Positions 42,401-54,400 of a stretch of DNA of 64,000 nucleotides are shown here, piece after piece. The notes beneath the pieces were generated by a model. The model was not told the origin of the DNA and searched no databases. It saw only the letters and a program-made list of their open reading frames with translations. The stretch is from assembly GCF_964204645.1 (NCBI RefSeq), contig NC_134027.1, forward strand, positions 13,672,485 to 13,736,484. Direction: 5' to 3'. The translations under genes and the position numbers were made by a program. Each line of letters starts with the position of its first letter. The stretch's first letter is position 1. This DNA is from Tubulanus polymorphus (lineage: Eukaryota > Animalia > Nemertea).

Positions 42401-45400
42401 ACCACTCTGTGAATGACACTGAAATATCAAAATAATATATATATATTCAGAGTAAAGTATTCATTTAACAATAACAACTGCCCATTCATAATTATAGTCA
42501 CAAATTAACCTAATTAGTAACTGCCTAAGGACTATTCGAGACAATTAGCCATTGAATGACCATGAGTTATGAACATATGGTATATGATGAACACCTATAC
42601 TGATAACAATGAGTCTACTAGCAAATTTTGACTGTCTGGACATTCTGGGATGGGGCCACTGTTCACTATAGAGAGGTAAGATGCTCATTTGGTACCAGAA
42701 AAAGTGTTCACTGTTCACTATAGAGAGGTGTTCACTAAGTGGAGGTTCTGTTTAATTGAAAATGAATAGGGAAAATTTGGTTCCGGGCAAAAAGTGTTCA
42801 TCAAGGGAGGTGTTCACTAAATAGAGGTGTTCACTAAGGGAGGTTTTACTGTATAAGAATATCATATAATGTATTAGCAATGAAGTCATATATGTGTTTA
42901 GTATGTATCTATACTTAAATATTTGAAATATCAATAAAATTCATAGCTGTACATATACGATTAACCATCTTTGCATTTCCATTCAACAGTATTTCCCTCG
43001 ACCGATGCGCAAATGCAATGGAACCACTGGTCACAGTTCATGCATTGGATTGAATTGTCATCGGCCGAAACTTCCCATCTTTCTAGACAAGGATTATCGC
43101 ATAAAGGACATAAGTGGATACCCTCGCCTCCAGTAATTACTGGTAACACTAGTTCCTGGTAGAAGTACTTGAGATGCTCCACCTGCCATTCCCAGTACAC
43201 AGGATCAAACAGAATCTACGAATAAAAAAAAATGAAATTAATTTTTTGCTTAACCCTTTCAGTGCTGACTAATTAATACCCTAAAGTGCTAGAGATAATT
43301 TTAAAATTTTGAAAAATCCCACCCTAGTGTGTTGAATAACGGGAATACCACTATAGTGTGTCTACCCCGCGGCGCGGTGTATTGTAAGTTACTAATATTT
43401 CACTATGTCTGACTAGTGTGCAATTTTTCAAGAGACATAACTATTAATTACTAATTACATCAATACACTGCAGTGCGGTGTACTAGCAAAATCCATCACT
43501 GATTTATACACCGCACTGCGGTGTAGACGCACTGAAAGGGTTAAAAGGGTATGAGTTTCATCGAAACTCATCCAGCTACATACAAGACACCACAGATTTC
43601 ATCAACAAACTCGCAAACATCAAAGACCTCCCAGCAGACACCCTACTCATCACTATGGACGTCACAGCTCTCTACACCAGCATACCACATGAAGATGGAC
43701 TCACCGCGATTTCCAGAACCTTACCTAACAACGAAAACTCGCAGACCATCATCGATCTCACCAAGTTCATACTTAAACACAACTACTTCAAATTCAACGG
43801 ATCGCTCTACATCCAGACCAAGGGTACAGCTATGGGCACCTGAATGGCCCCCCAATACGCCAACATATTCATGTCTGTCCTTGAAGAAGACTTCCTCCAA
43901 ACACAGCAGCACTCACCACTTATACAATCGCTTCATCGACGACGTCTTCATCATTTGGACGCATGGGCTTGAAAAACTACTTGAATTCCACAGAAACTTC
44001 ACCAACTTTCATCCAGCCATCGAACTCAACCTCGAACACTCGCCTTTTCAAATTCCTTTTTTAGACACTCTAGTCAAAATCATCAACGGCAAACTCGAAA
44101 CATCGCTCTACAGAAAACCAACTGACACCTACAGCTACCTTCACGGCACCAGCTATCACTCACCAAACACCACGAGATCCATCTTCTTTAGTCAGGCCAT
44201 CCGGTACCACAGAATCTGCTCCAACACTCAAGACCGCGACCAACACCTACAACAACTGAAAAATGCGTTCCACCAACTCCAGTACAACCCTGAAACCATT
44301 GACCAACAAATCACTCGCGCTACTCACATACCCAGAGAAAGAACACTAATACAACCCGCCAACATCTGAAGAAACCGAAAGAATCCCCATAGCAGTCACC
44401 TACAGTCCGCGCCTACGCAGAATCCAACGAATCATATCAGATCTCCAACCCATAATCGAAGACATAATCGATAACAAATACACGCGCCCCTGCAACAAAT
44501 CTATATGTCAACTCTGCCCTCTCATCAACTCATCACCGACCGTCATCGCAGCCAACAACCAACAACTCACTGGACAAGTCACTGGACCCTACACATGCAA
44601 CTCCACCAACGTTGTTTGTGCCATCACATGAGATATCTGCCCTGGAACCAGCTACATCAGAGAAACTGGACAAACATTACGTCAACGCTTGAACAGTCAC
44701 AAATTTGATATCAGACAAGAAAATGGATAAACCTATCGGCGAACATTTCAATCATCCGAACCACACCATCAATAACCTAAAAGTGACCGCGTTACATGAA
44801 ATGAACACTTCTAATAAGCATTCGCGTGAAATCATGGAACAAAAACTTATTCAACGCGGTGATACTGTTAATCTTGGCCTCAATCGCGATCTAGGATTCA
44901 TGTCCCACTACAGAACGTAATTTCGTTTGTTTTTCCGTTGTATCTGGACTTATCTCGGACTTCCATTTCTTGTTATTCGTTGCTCTTAGATACCATCTGT
45001 TTATTTTACTTTGATTTAGTTTCATTTTGATTTATTTCTCTTTGATTTGTTTCAGTATGTTGTTCCTTAATTAATTAATAATCTACTCACTCACCTAGTT
45101 ATTAATCATCATGTCACTCATCATTTATTTGTAATTACTCTTCTCACTCAGTCCTTTGTAATTATTGTCAGTCTACCTATAAATACTGTTGTTTTTCCAT
45201 TGACTATACTCATTCACCTGATGAAGCTTATATTCATAAGAAGCGAAAGCTCGTGTGTCATTAAATAGTTAACCTATACAGTATTACTCGTCTCGGTACT
45301 TATTTTAAACTTGGTTAACATGGCTACTCTACGAATAAGTCCAGCATGTATGTTTCTGGAATTCCTCTTGCAATAAGCTCCCGTACTGCATGATTTATAT

Positions 45401-48400
45401 TATTTAGGAGCAAACACCTGCTGACATGGTCATCTGTTTGAGCCTTTATACCAGTTAGGGCTACAGATCTCGGACAAATGAGGTGTATATCCTCAAAACG
45501 TTGTGCCAGTGAATCAGCTACCTAGTTAAGATATAATTTTTGAGTAAGAGCGTTCAGATTGTATCCTGCATGCTTTCAAATGAAAGGTGCACTGACATCC
45601 TTGACAAGAGTATTCGGTATTGCATTTGATCGATTGAATGATTATCAACATTTGAACAAATAAGCTTTTACCTTATAGTTCTTTGGACTGGGATCAAATG
45701 ATATTGGATTTAAGGAATATTTTTTCGTTCGGAGTTCATCTTTCCTAATTGTAATTTCAGAAATTTGTTTTGGCGTAATATTCTTCGTCGACGATCGGTT
45801 CCATTGACAAGCAAATTCAGTACATGACTTACTATTCGGTTCCCTTTCAATAGCATGTTGTATTTTATACGATGCCTCAATGATATGGTTGCAGGTTTTG
45901 CTGAATCCGGCAGTACATGTGCACCAAGAACTCAAAATGTTGCTTTCGTTGTCGAATGCAATCCGGAAACTTCTTGCAGAATCATTGATCTTTTGTGATG
46001 GTAAGACGTCACACTTTATCACCAGCGTTCTTCTGATAATCGGACTAAAAACTAAACACCCACAAAGCCACTTGCAAAATACGAATATGCGCTTATAGCT
46101 TAATATCTGCCGATGTAGTCAGCAACATGTTCTTTCTTGCTGATGATATAACAAAATATCTTCCCCATATCCATGTTTTTTGGCCACAGCTCTACCTCCC
46201 TTCTCCACCCACTCAAGGCAAGTGGATCACTTTGCAAATGTGCAGACGTGAATTGTATTCATTTTTAAGCTTAACTTTTCTCTCTTCCTCTGTGGTTTTA
46301 ATCGGGATTTTCTCGTCCCAAGTACTTACCGACCGCGATATCAAAACATCTTTCGTACCTCACGTACTTATGCCTTGTTCGGCCAGATAATCCTTCAAAA
46401 ACCCAACGTTGGCATATTTAATGTCTTCGAGATCCATACCATTTGAATTGAAATACATTAATATAAAATATCAACAATTAAAGCCATTTTCCGTAGAAAC
46501 AGATTTGAAAAAGATAGTGAAATGAAAAATGGATGCCCATAAACTCGAATTCCCGCATCAGAAACAGCGCTGAAACTTGGAATGATAATAAACGCGCTGC
46601 AGTTAAAAAGCTGTAGAATGAATATTTTGGGAAAGATATCTTGAAATTTTTAACTTCATTTGAAAGGGGGCGTTCATGCGTACAAATCCTGAAATGTTCG
46701 AATTTTTTAGAAACTTATTTCTGAAAATAACAAACTTCAAAGTTGAGTACCCTGAATTTATACGCGCGCGGCAAAAACTGACCACCGATTTTTATATCGC
46801 TTTCATGTCGCATTGTTGGAAGTTTGAGAAATGAATTTTACATTACTGTAAACTAGAGATTCATGCGGTTTAAATGTTGCTAAAACTGTCAAAATCCATC
46901 CAGGGACAGATGAAATACGATAAAACACGCATCACAAATTGTCTTGAAAAATGAGACAAAAGTACCTAAACAAAATGGCGGCTAGCAACTGTAAAATGGT
47001 TAATTCCTTGGTAACAAGTTTATACCATTTTGTTAACTTTAACCTTGTAATTGAGTTCAAAAACTTAAATGCAGTTACAAAGTCTTGGTTCCTTTCATTT
47101 TTAGGATTAACTTTGTTGATCCTTGAATAGAATGGTCTGAGAGTAACATTCTGTTTGCTCTTGGTGGCACACCAATCGTAACCACTAGATATACACAGCT
47201 GATATTTTGTCATTACGAGGGAAATAGGTGTTGGAATTGATATGGCAAGTTTAATCCATCAGCTCTTAGGCATTTGAAATTACATGTACTGGAGAAAGTG
47301 TAAACAATTACAATGAATTTTCACCTTCATGACGTTCGGCCATCATATTGAAAATTTTCTTCTTTGTTTATTAGCAACTCTGTCATACTACACAAAAAAG
47401 TTTATGCGGAATAACAAGTAAACATTGATAAAATGAAGTGTGTATAATCTTGTCCTAAATTAATCAAAATGAGTAGAGGATTTCAAATATGACAGTCATT
47501 TGGGAATTGTTCATATATAGGGGCCACTAACACTGCGCCTTTTGGTTGATCAGTCACATGAGTATGATTTTAAACAATTCGTCATTTTCTTTCGTTAGAT
47601 CAATATCGGTGTATTTTTCATGGCTGTCAAAGCAAGTTGCAATGTGAAATCCCCAGAAGACTTACATTTACTAAGGTATTTTTTGTATAATTTAGTGAAA
47701 AATTTATTTTTAGTTACAAGATGCTCATGATTCTAATCAGTAACACTAATTGACGAGAATGTTCATGATTCAAATACTTCAATGGAAACAAATTAAAAAG
47801 AATAGACTACCCAAATAACAATTTTGAAATATTTCCACTTCGTCATGAATGTTTTCTTTTAACTGACTTTTACCTTCTCTGAGTTAAGTCTAAGTGGGTT
47901 ATTGTGTTCATTTTTCATCTGTCCCTCCATCTATTTTTTCATCCATGGACAGAATCAAGTTACTACAAGAAGTTTTGAGGACACTTGTCTGGATATTAGG
48001 TTCATACATGTATCTACCTCGGTCACACCTGTATCCCAAAAACTGGCACAATCAGATCCAGTATGGCTGACTGGGGGCAGCTCTGCATATATCAAAGCAC
48101 GACATCATAACCTAAGCTTCAATCTTGTTGAGGTTTGCAAGGGAGATGTTGATGATGCTTCAATAAATCACCTTTATCTTTTACGTTTGGATGCCTCATG
48201 GACATCAGAATGAGAAAAGTTGATCAACCGATGACCATTTTTTGTACCCAAAAAGGCCTGAATCTCGATACCTGTAGCATTGTAATGATGTATTATATTG
48301 AGGCCGCGGCATATTATGTTACCACAATCAATTGCTGAATTGAAGCTCATGCCATGTTCTTTAATTATGGTCAGTTTCAAGGTCATTGGATTCTGTAAAT

Positions 48401-51400
48401 GTTCACCAGGAGGCCTTCAATATTGAAATTGTCAGATTGGTGAGCATTTCAAACTACTACCAAAGTGGGCATGGTGTCTGTTGACTGTAGTTTTCTTTTC
48501 CAGAATTGGTCTAATTGCTGCGATGTTTCTACTACCATTGCTTGGCATAGCTTGGGTATTTGGCATAATGTCTGTGAATGAAGAGGTGTTAGCATTCCAT
48601 TACCTGTTTGCAGTCTTCTGCTTCTTGCAAGGTTTATTTTTGATGTTGGGCCATGTGTCATTAAACCCCAGAGTGAGTGTATCTTGTATTTAGTTTCAGG
48701 GCTGTATTTTTCAATGTATGAAAATTGAGCAATCCTGGCTGATTTGAATACCGTGTAACCAAGCCATTGCATTTGAAGAAAATCCCAACCCCTCCTATTA
48801 ATCTAGGCATTCAGCAAGGATGATGAGATTTATTTCTAGCTTCAGTGACATAATATCGCGATCCTATACTTATGCACATAAACGTAAAAACCTTTATTCG
48901 AAAATTATTTCACAGCATCTTTATTTCATTATTCATATACATGTATTATCATTTTAATAAACATTATATACCATATTTAGTGCCTGATGTGTTACAAACA
49001 CAGCTCTAAGGCACTAACAAAACATATTTTAGTAATATACCATTAATTAATTACAATCATTCATACTGTGTAGACAATTAGGACTGGCCTCTCACTGTAC
49101 TGAGTTCTAGAATGTTGTATATCTAAAAGATTGTGGCTAGAGGAACGCAATGATCTGCTTGCAAGTAAATCAGTTAACTAAGCAGGAGCCATGCCATGTC
49201 TACATCTAAAAACAAACATTAAAATCTTATATCGTACAAGGTTCTTCATAGGCAACCAGTGAAAATCATTAAGTACAGGTGTAATATGGTCAGACCGTTT
49301 CATCCTAGTTATGATTCTAGCAGCCATATTCTGGACCCTTTGAAGGTACCCAAGCAGTGTTTCTGGAATGCCAAAAAGTAGTGAATTACAATAATCCAAC
49401 CTGAAGGTGACCAGTGCATGAAGAGCTGACTGCGCTTTAGATAAACACATTCTCATTTGACCAATATTACGCAAATGCATATAGCACAATTAGGCCACAG
49501 CAGTGATGTGATCTTACCTGTCGAGAAACGGTCACGGTAGCACTGTAGGCACATGCTACCATCGCGAAAATCTTGTGCCTTTTTTTTCATTCCCAAAGAA
49601 GAAAAGGGCACATTTTTACAAGACGAGGTAGATAAATTTAAACAAAGAGCATATAATTTTTAGGACGTTCGTTAGACGAACGTCCTTATGTGATCGGTTT
49701 GCCGGTTGATGACGCACTTCCGATTTGGTTGACAGACGTTTAAGGTCGTTTTAAAGCCAGTTAGTTAGAGATTTCCTCAAATTCCGCATCAGAAATGGTG
49801 TCTTCAAGTTGGGATTGAATTTGGTTAAAAATAGTTGGTTAGTTTTTGCTGTGCCCTCTTGAAAAAAATGCTCTTCACGCTGTTTATGTGACATCACACA
49901 TCACGTGTTGCTTATGACGTAGAGGGTATAGTGATCGACGAGAAGTGCCATTTTTAAAATCGTTGTATCGTGGATGTTAACTTTAGAGGACCATACGAAA
50001 TCTCTTTAAAGGTGAGTGTCAACATATATGGTGACTTAACTTAATTCCTTGTGAGCGCACAGAGGCCCTGTGAGAATCTAGAGACGTTTGCAGCATTGAA
50101 AATTACGCAATGGTCCGCTCGACGCGCACACACATGCTGTCAGTTTGACCTACGTGACTAAATACAGCCGCCGCCATGAATCAGAAGCAATCCACTTCAA
50201 ATTTTATGAAGTGAATATCATAATTATTATTTATCCGATATACACCAAAAAACCTTTAAGAGAAAGGTATTTGGCGTCGGATTCTGTACCGAAAATCCCG
50301 GATTGTTACACTGCATAGTTTTTTTAGTAGGGTTCTTTTAACATTTTGCCTTTAAGCCATTTGATTGACACGTGGGGCGGGGTTTGCAATCTGCCGATGA
50401 CGTCAGATGTAAATAATAATATAACCACGTGCATCGCGCACATGTGTAAACAAACCTGGCAACAAATTAGATTTTTTGGCGCCAAAACTTTTTTGATTTT
50501 TTCTTTTGTCCAATGATTTTTCAACTGGAGCCAACTGCTATGCCATTAGATTGCACAATCAAGTATTCACGTTTTATAGACTCTCTCTGAAATAATTCTT
50601 GTCCAGGGGTTATGTATTGAAATATCTATTGTCGTTGTTTTTGTTTTTTTTTTAATTTTTAGGACATAAACAGCCTAGAAGAAACATCATCTGGCAGACA
50701 CACATTTGACTACAGATCATATCCTGTTATAAAATGTGTTTAATAATATTTTACTCAAGTTTTCTTGCCATTAATACTTCCTGACTACTTTTATTTTATG
50801 GTTATCTAAGTGCAAGGCAAACATTGGTGGGGTTCCTTTGGCCCTCCGAATATATAGGACCAAAAGGGGTATTTTATGCCATTTGAATTTATTTTTGCTT
50901 AGAAAATCGATTCAAATACTTTTTGGCGGGCACATTCAAGTTCTGAAGGGTAGGACTAGTCCAACCCCTAAATCCACTTGCATTCAGTCTCATGAGAACT
51001 AACTTAAAACGTTAAAACCTTCACCGGCCTCCTACTCAATTTTTTGAATAAATGTAAAACTTATGGCAGAATTTACGGTTGATTCCTCAATTTTTGAATC
51101 CCAAAGAATAATTTTTGAATTACGCAGTAGGATGACACTTGAATAGCCGGTATTTAAATTTTCCAATCAATGTGGGAGGTGTCTGGGTCTACATGCGTTC
51201 CACAAACGAACGTCCTCTTTTAAAGTTTCTTTCTAGTTCAAGATTTTATTGCCTGGAAACTATCTCAATGCAGTCAATTTGCTAGAAATCACTTTTCGTC
51301 CGGACTTAATTTGCTTGGAAATTGCAGCAAAAATCAGATTTTCAAAAATTTTTTGTATATGTTTTGCTACCATCGACAGTGGTCCCTAGATTAGGCCAGG

Positions 51401-54400
51401 TCTGCATATCATGAGCATAAAATTCGCTCCTCCAGGGTAACGTCAAGGTATGTATGGAATAGTTCAATTTTATCATGGATTTAAATTGAGAACAATGGGT
51501 GTAGAGATCATGGAATTCAAGGTTCGTGGTGCTTGTCTCAGAAAAGCTCTACTAGACAAATTTGGTGTATAAATATGGTGGTCAAGACCATGGGTGTCTA
51601 TCAAGTCACCTAAAGGCTTGATGTATGTTATGAATAATTTTGAGCTCAGCATGGAACCTTGAGGGACACAGAAATCGAACATAACGTTACCAACAACCAC
51701 TGACTAATATCTATCACTTAAATATGAGCTAAATCGCTTAAGTAAAAGTGCGGTGCTGGTAATTGCGGTGCTGGCAAAAGTATTGCTGAGTCTATTCAAT
51801 AAGCAGGGGTTCCAATCTTCCGACTTCAATTTTCATGGTCTCAGAGATTGACAAAGATTTTATGTTGAAATAAAGGGGGTAGGAGGTTCTGATCGGTTAT
51901 GTCACTTGTGGTGAGTTCCGTATTAATCGACTTGCCATGATTGTCCTGAGCGTACATCTAGAAAATCGATATTGTACCCTGTATTACTACTATAGTATTG
52001 TAGTAGGCAGCCACGTGTTGACTCAATATGAATAAGAAAATAGTGGAACGATGTGGTATAAACAATAGCATTCATACACGCGCCGCACGCCAGTGAGCAG
52101 CGTGTATACATTACTGAGTATTAGAGTATACCTGTGTGCATGTGGTCAATTGATTAGCGCACAGCAGTAACGATCAGACTGACCCGTAAATGTATTTTTT
52201 TATGTATTCTGCCAAGAAAATCGCTGCTGCTTCAAGGATTCGATTACAATTGTTTGTTTGAAGAGAGTCGACATTTATTTATGGCAACTACTGTTGGCAT
52301 CCCTGAATAAATTGGTATAATCTATGGTGTCAAATGCAGCTGAAAGTTCAAGTAGCACAATGACACATGCATTTGCCGCATCCAGCATGTTCAGCACATC
52401 GAACTGAAACATGCGTAATGCAGTTTTAGTTGAATGGAAACAGTTATGAGCACTTCATCCAGAGGGTGACATTTCGTATTTTCAAAAATTGATATTTCAT
52501 AAAGGGGAACTGATAACTGATATCGACAAAGCCCACCTCTACCCTTACTCTGTCCTCTTGCACGGCCAGAACTCGTGGCAACTTCTCGAAAAACTCAACA
52601 TGGTCAAGTGACGAAACTATTCAAACGTGCGAATGATCAACTACACAACGCAAACGAACCTATAGACAAGAAACTAGCTCTACTAACTAGCACTATCAAC
52701 AAAATCGAAGGGAAAATCAGCGTAATGTCGAACCTCGACGACGAAATTATCGAACTTACTAGCAATGTCGACTTGGAGAATACGATAACCAATGCGGATG
52801 ATTACAATATCCAAGCGAACGAAAAATTAGCGAGGGTTCAATTCGACTTGTGCAAGCTCATTCCGGTTCCAGAACCGAATTCAATCCGAACGCCGATGCC
52901 AACGCGACATCATCAGAACACGAACTTACCGAAACTTCAATTACCCAAATTCAATGAGGATATAATCAATTGGATAACCTTTTTCGACGCGTTCAAATCT
53001 GCAGTACACTACAACAACCAGCTCACGGACATTCAAAAATTTCAATATCTTCAAACTCAATACGAAGACGAAGCAAGCAAAACGATAGCGGGACTATCAC
53101 TGTCGAACAACAATTACGGACAAGCTCTCAAACTCTTTAACAAAATGAAATGGACAAAATCATGAAATTATTCTGACCAGTTCTGCTGAAAACCGCTGTG
53201 GCGAAACTAGCTGACACAAAAGATAATCAGACTGCCACTGCAACGATCCTATTGACGAAGGGTCAACTCGTTCATTCATAACATATGAACTCGCCTCAAA
53301 ATTAAAGCTAAAGGCTGATTCACGTGAACCGATCAACCTTTCAGTTTTTAGGCCAGCCGTAGGCTGAGCCTATTAGTATACAAATGGAGCCAATTTAAAT
53401 GACATGGTTTCCACACAAAAGGCTCTTGCTTGCCAAGTGAGGGCATATTCGAACAAATCACGTATTTAAGCGTAATCCATTCTCGGAATCGTAGCGAGCA
53501 GAATTTTGAAATAGGGTTTCGTAAAAATGTTTTCTGCATTTTTCACGAAAATTAAATCGGGAATATTTCAATTTTTATCAGCCAATCAGGAAGTTGTGTC
53601 TTCCCTATGATTGGTTTATCTGAAAATATCAGCAGCTGTTCACGTGAATTATCGTGATTCCATTACTGGCGCTTTTGCGCATGACATCATGTATTAACAC
53701 GCGACAATACTTCCGCGATCGCTACCTGTTCGCTGATTGGCCCATTTACTGGGAAATTCTACAAGAGCCTAATGTGGTTTGTTACAAGCGCTGTGATTGG
53801 CCCGACCCGATTCTGGCAAGGCTTTAGCTTAGTGGGTTCGAATCCCTTGACGGGTGAAGATGATGGATCCTATCAATATCTATTGAAACAAATAAGTTTC
53901 CCGGTTGGGCAGCCGCGGATATCTACCGGAAGTGTTCCGGTTCGATATTTCGAGGTTTCTTTGAATTTTGAAGTGATATTGAAATCCGGTAAACACCGGC
54001 GGTAGATTGTGAAAACCCATTGCATGATATTTGTATTACTTAAAAGCATCGGGGCCGTGCCAGTTTTCGCGATTCAAGTAGCGCAATAGCCTACTTCTTC
54101 GTGTTCGTCCACCTCAATTTTCATTCCGCCGATCTCTGACACGGCTCTGTTGCCGTTGGCGCTGTGATTGCACTTTCGTACCACCAAAATTTTTTATTTC
54201 TATATCAGGGAGGTCTGGAGAATAAAAAAGTCAAAATTTGGATATCAAATAGGCCTGATTTCATCGAATAAGTCGACCATGGTCGTAACGTTTCCGTACT
54301 AATTACCACCTAAAACCGTCTGAACAATTTTGTCACAACCAACATTTCGTTTACAGAAATCAGGTGTTCACGCATCTACTGTTTTACTTCCGGGTTTTAT

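Larger units (their letters stand above)
42961..46437 (-). pseudogene. Transposon accessory gene: SAP-like, SWIM, YqaJ-like exonuclease remnants and PHD; disrupted
   Basis: LKDYLAEQGIST*GTKDVLISR (SAP-like); CTCTAGFSKTCNH (SWIM); ILFDPVYW..LKYFYQELVLP (YqaJ C-terminus-like) after an acceptor at 43216; CPLC..IQCMNCDQWFHCIC..WKC (PHD). Confidence 0.75.
40610..47000. mobile_element. ISL2EU-like (PHIS/Harbinger group) DNA transposon, ~6.4 kb with nested inserts, ~0.5-kb TIRs
   Basis: TIRs about 40610-41073 and 46470-47000; TAA at 40607-40609 and 47001-47003; convergent transposase and accessory ORFs. Confidence 0.85.

Noticed and set aside
51900-52310. 5' LTR of the second BEL element
   Set aside because: A TG start and TATA-like motif are present, but there is no partner LTR or clear PBS to fix the ends
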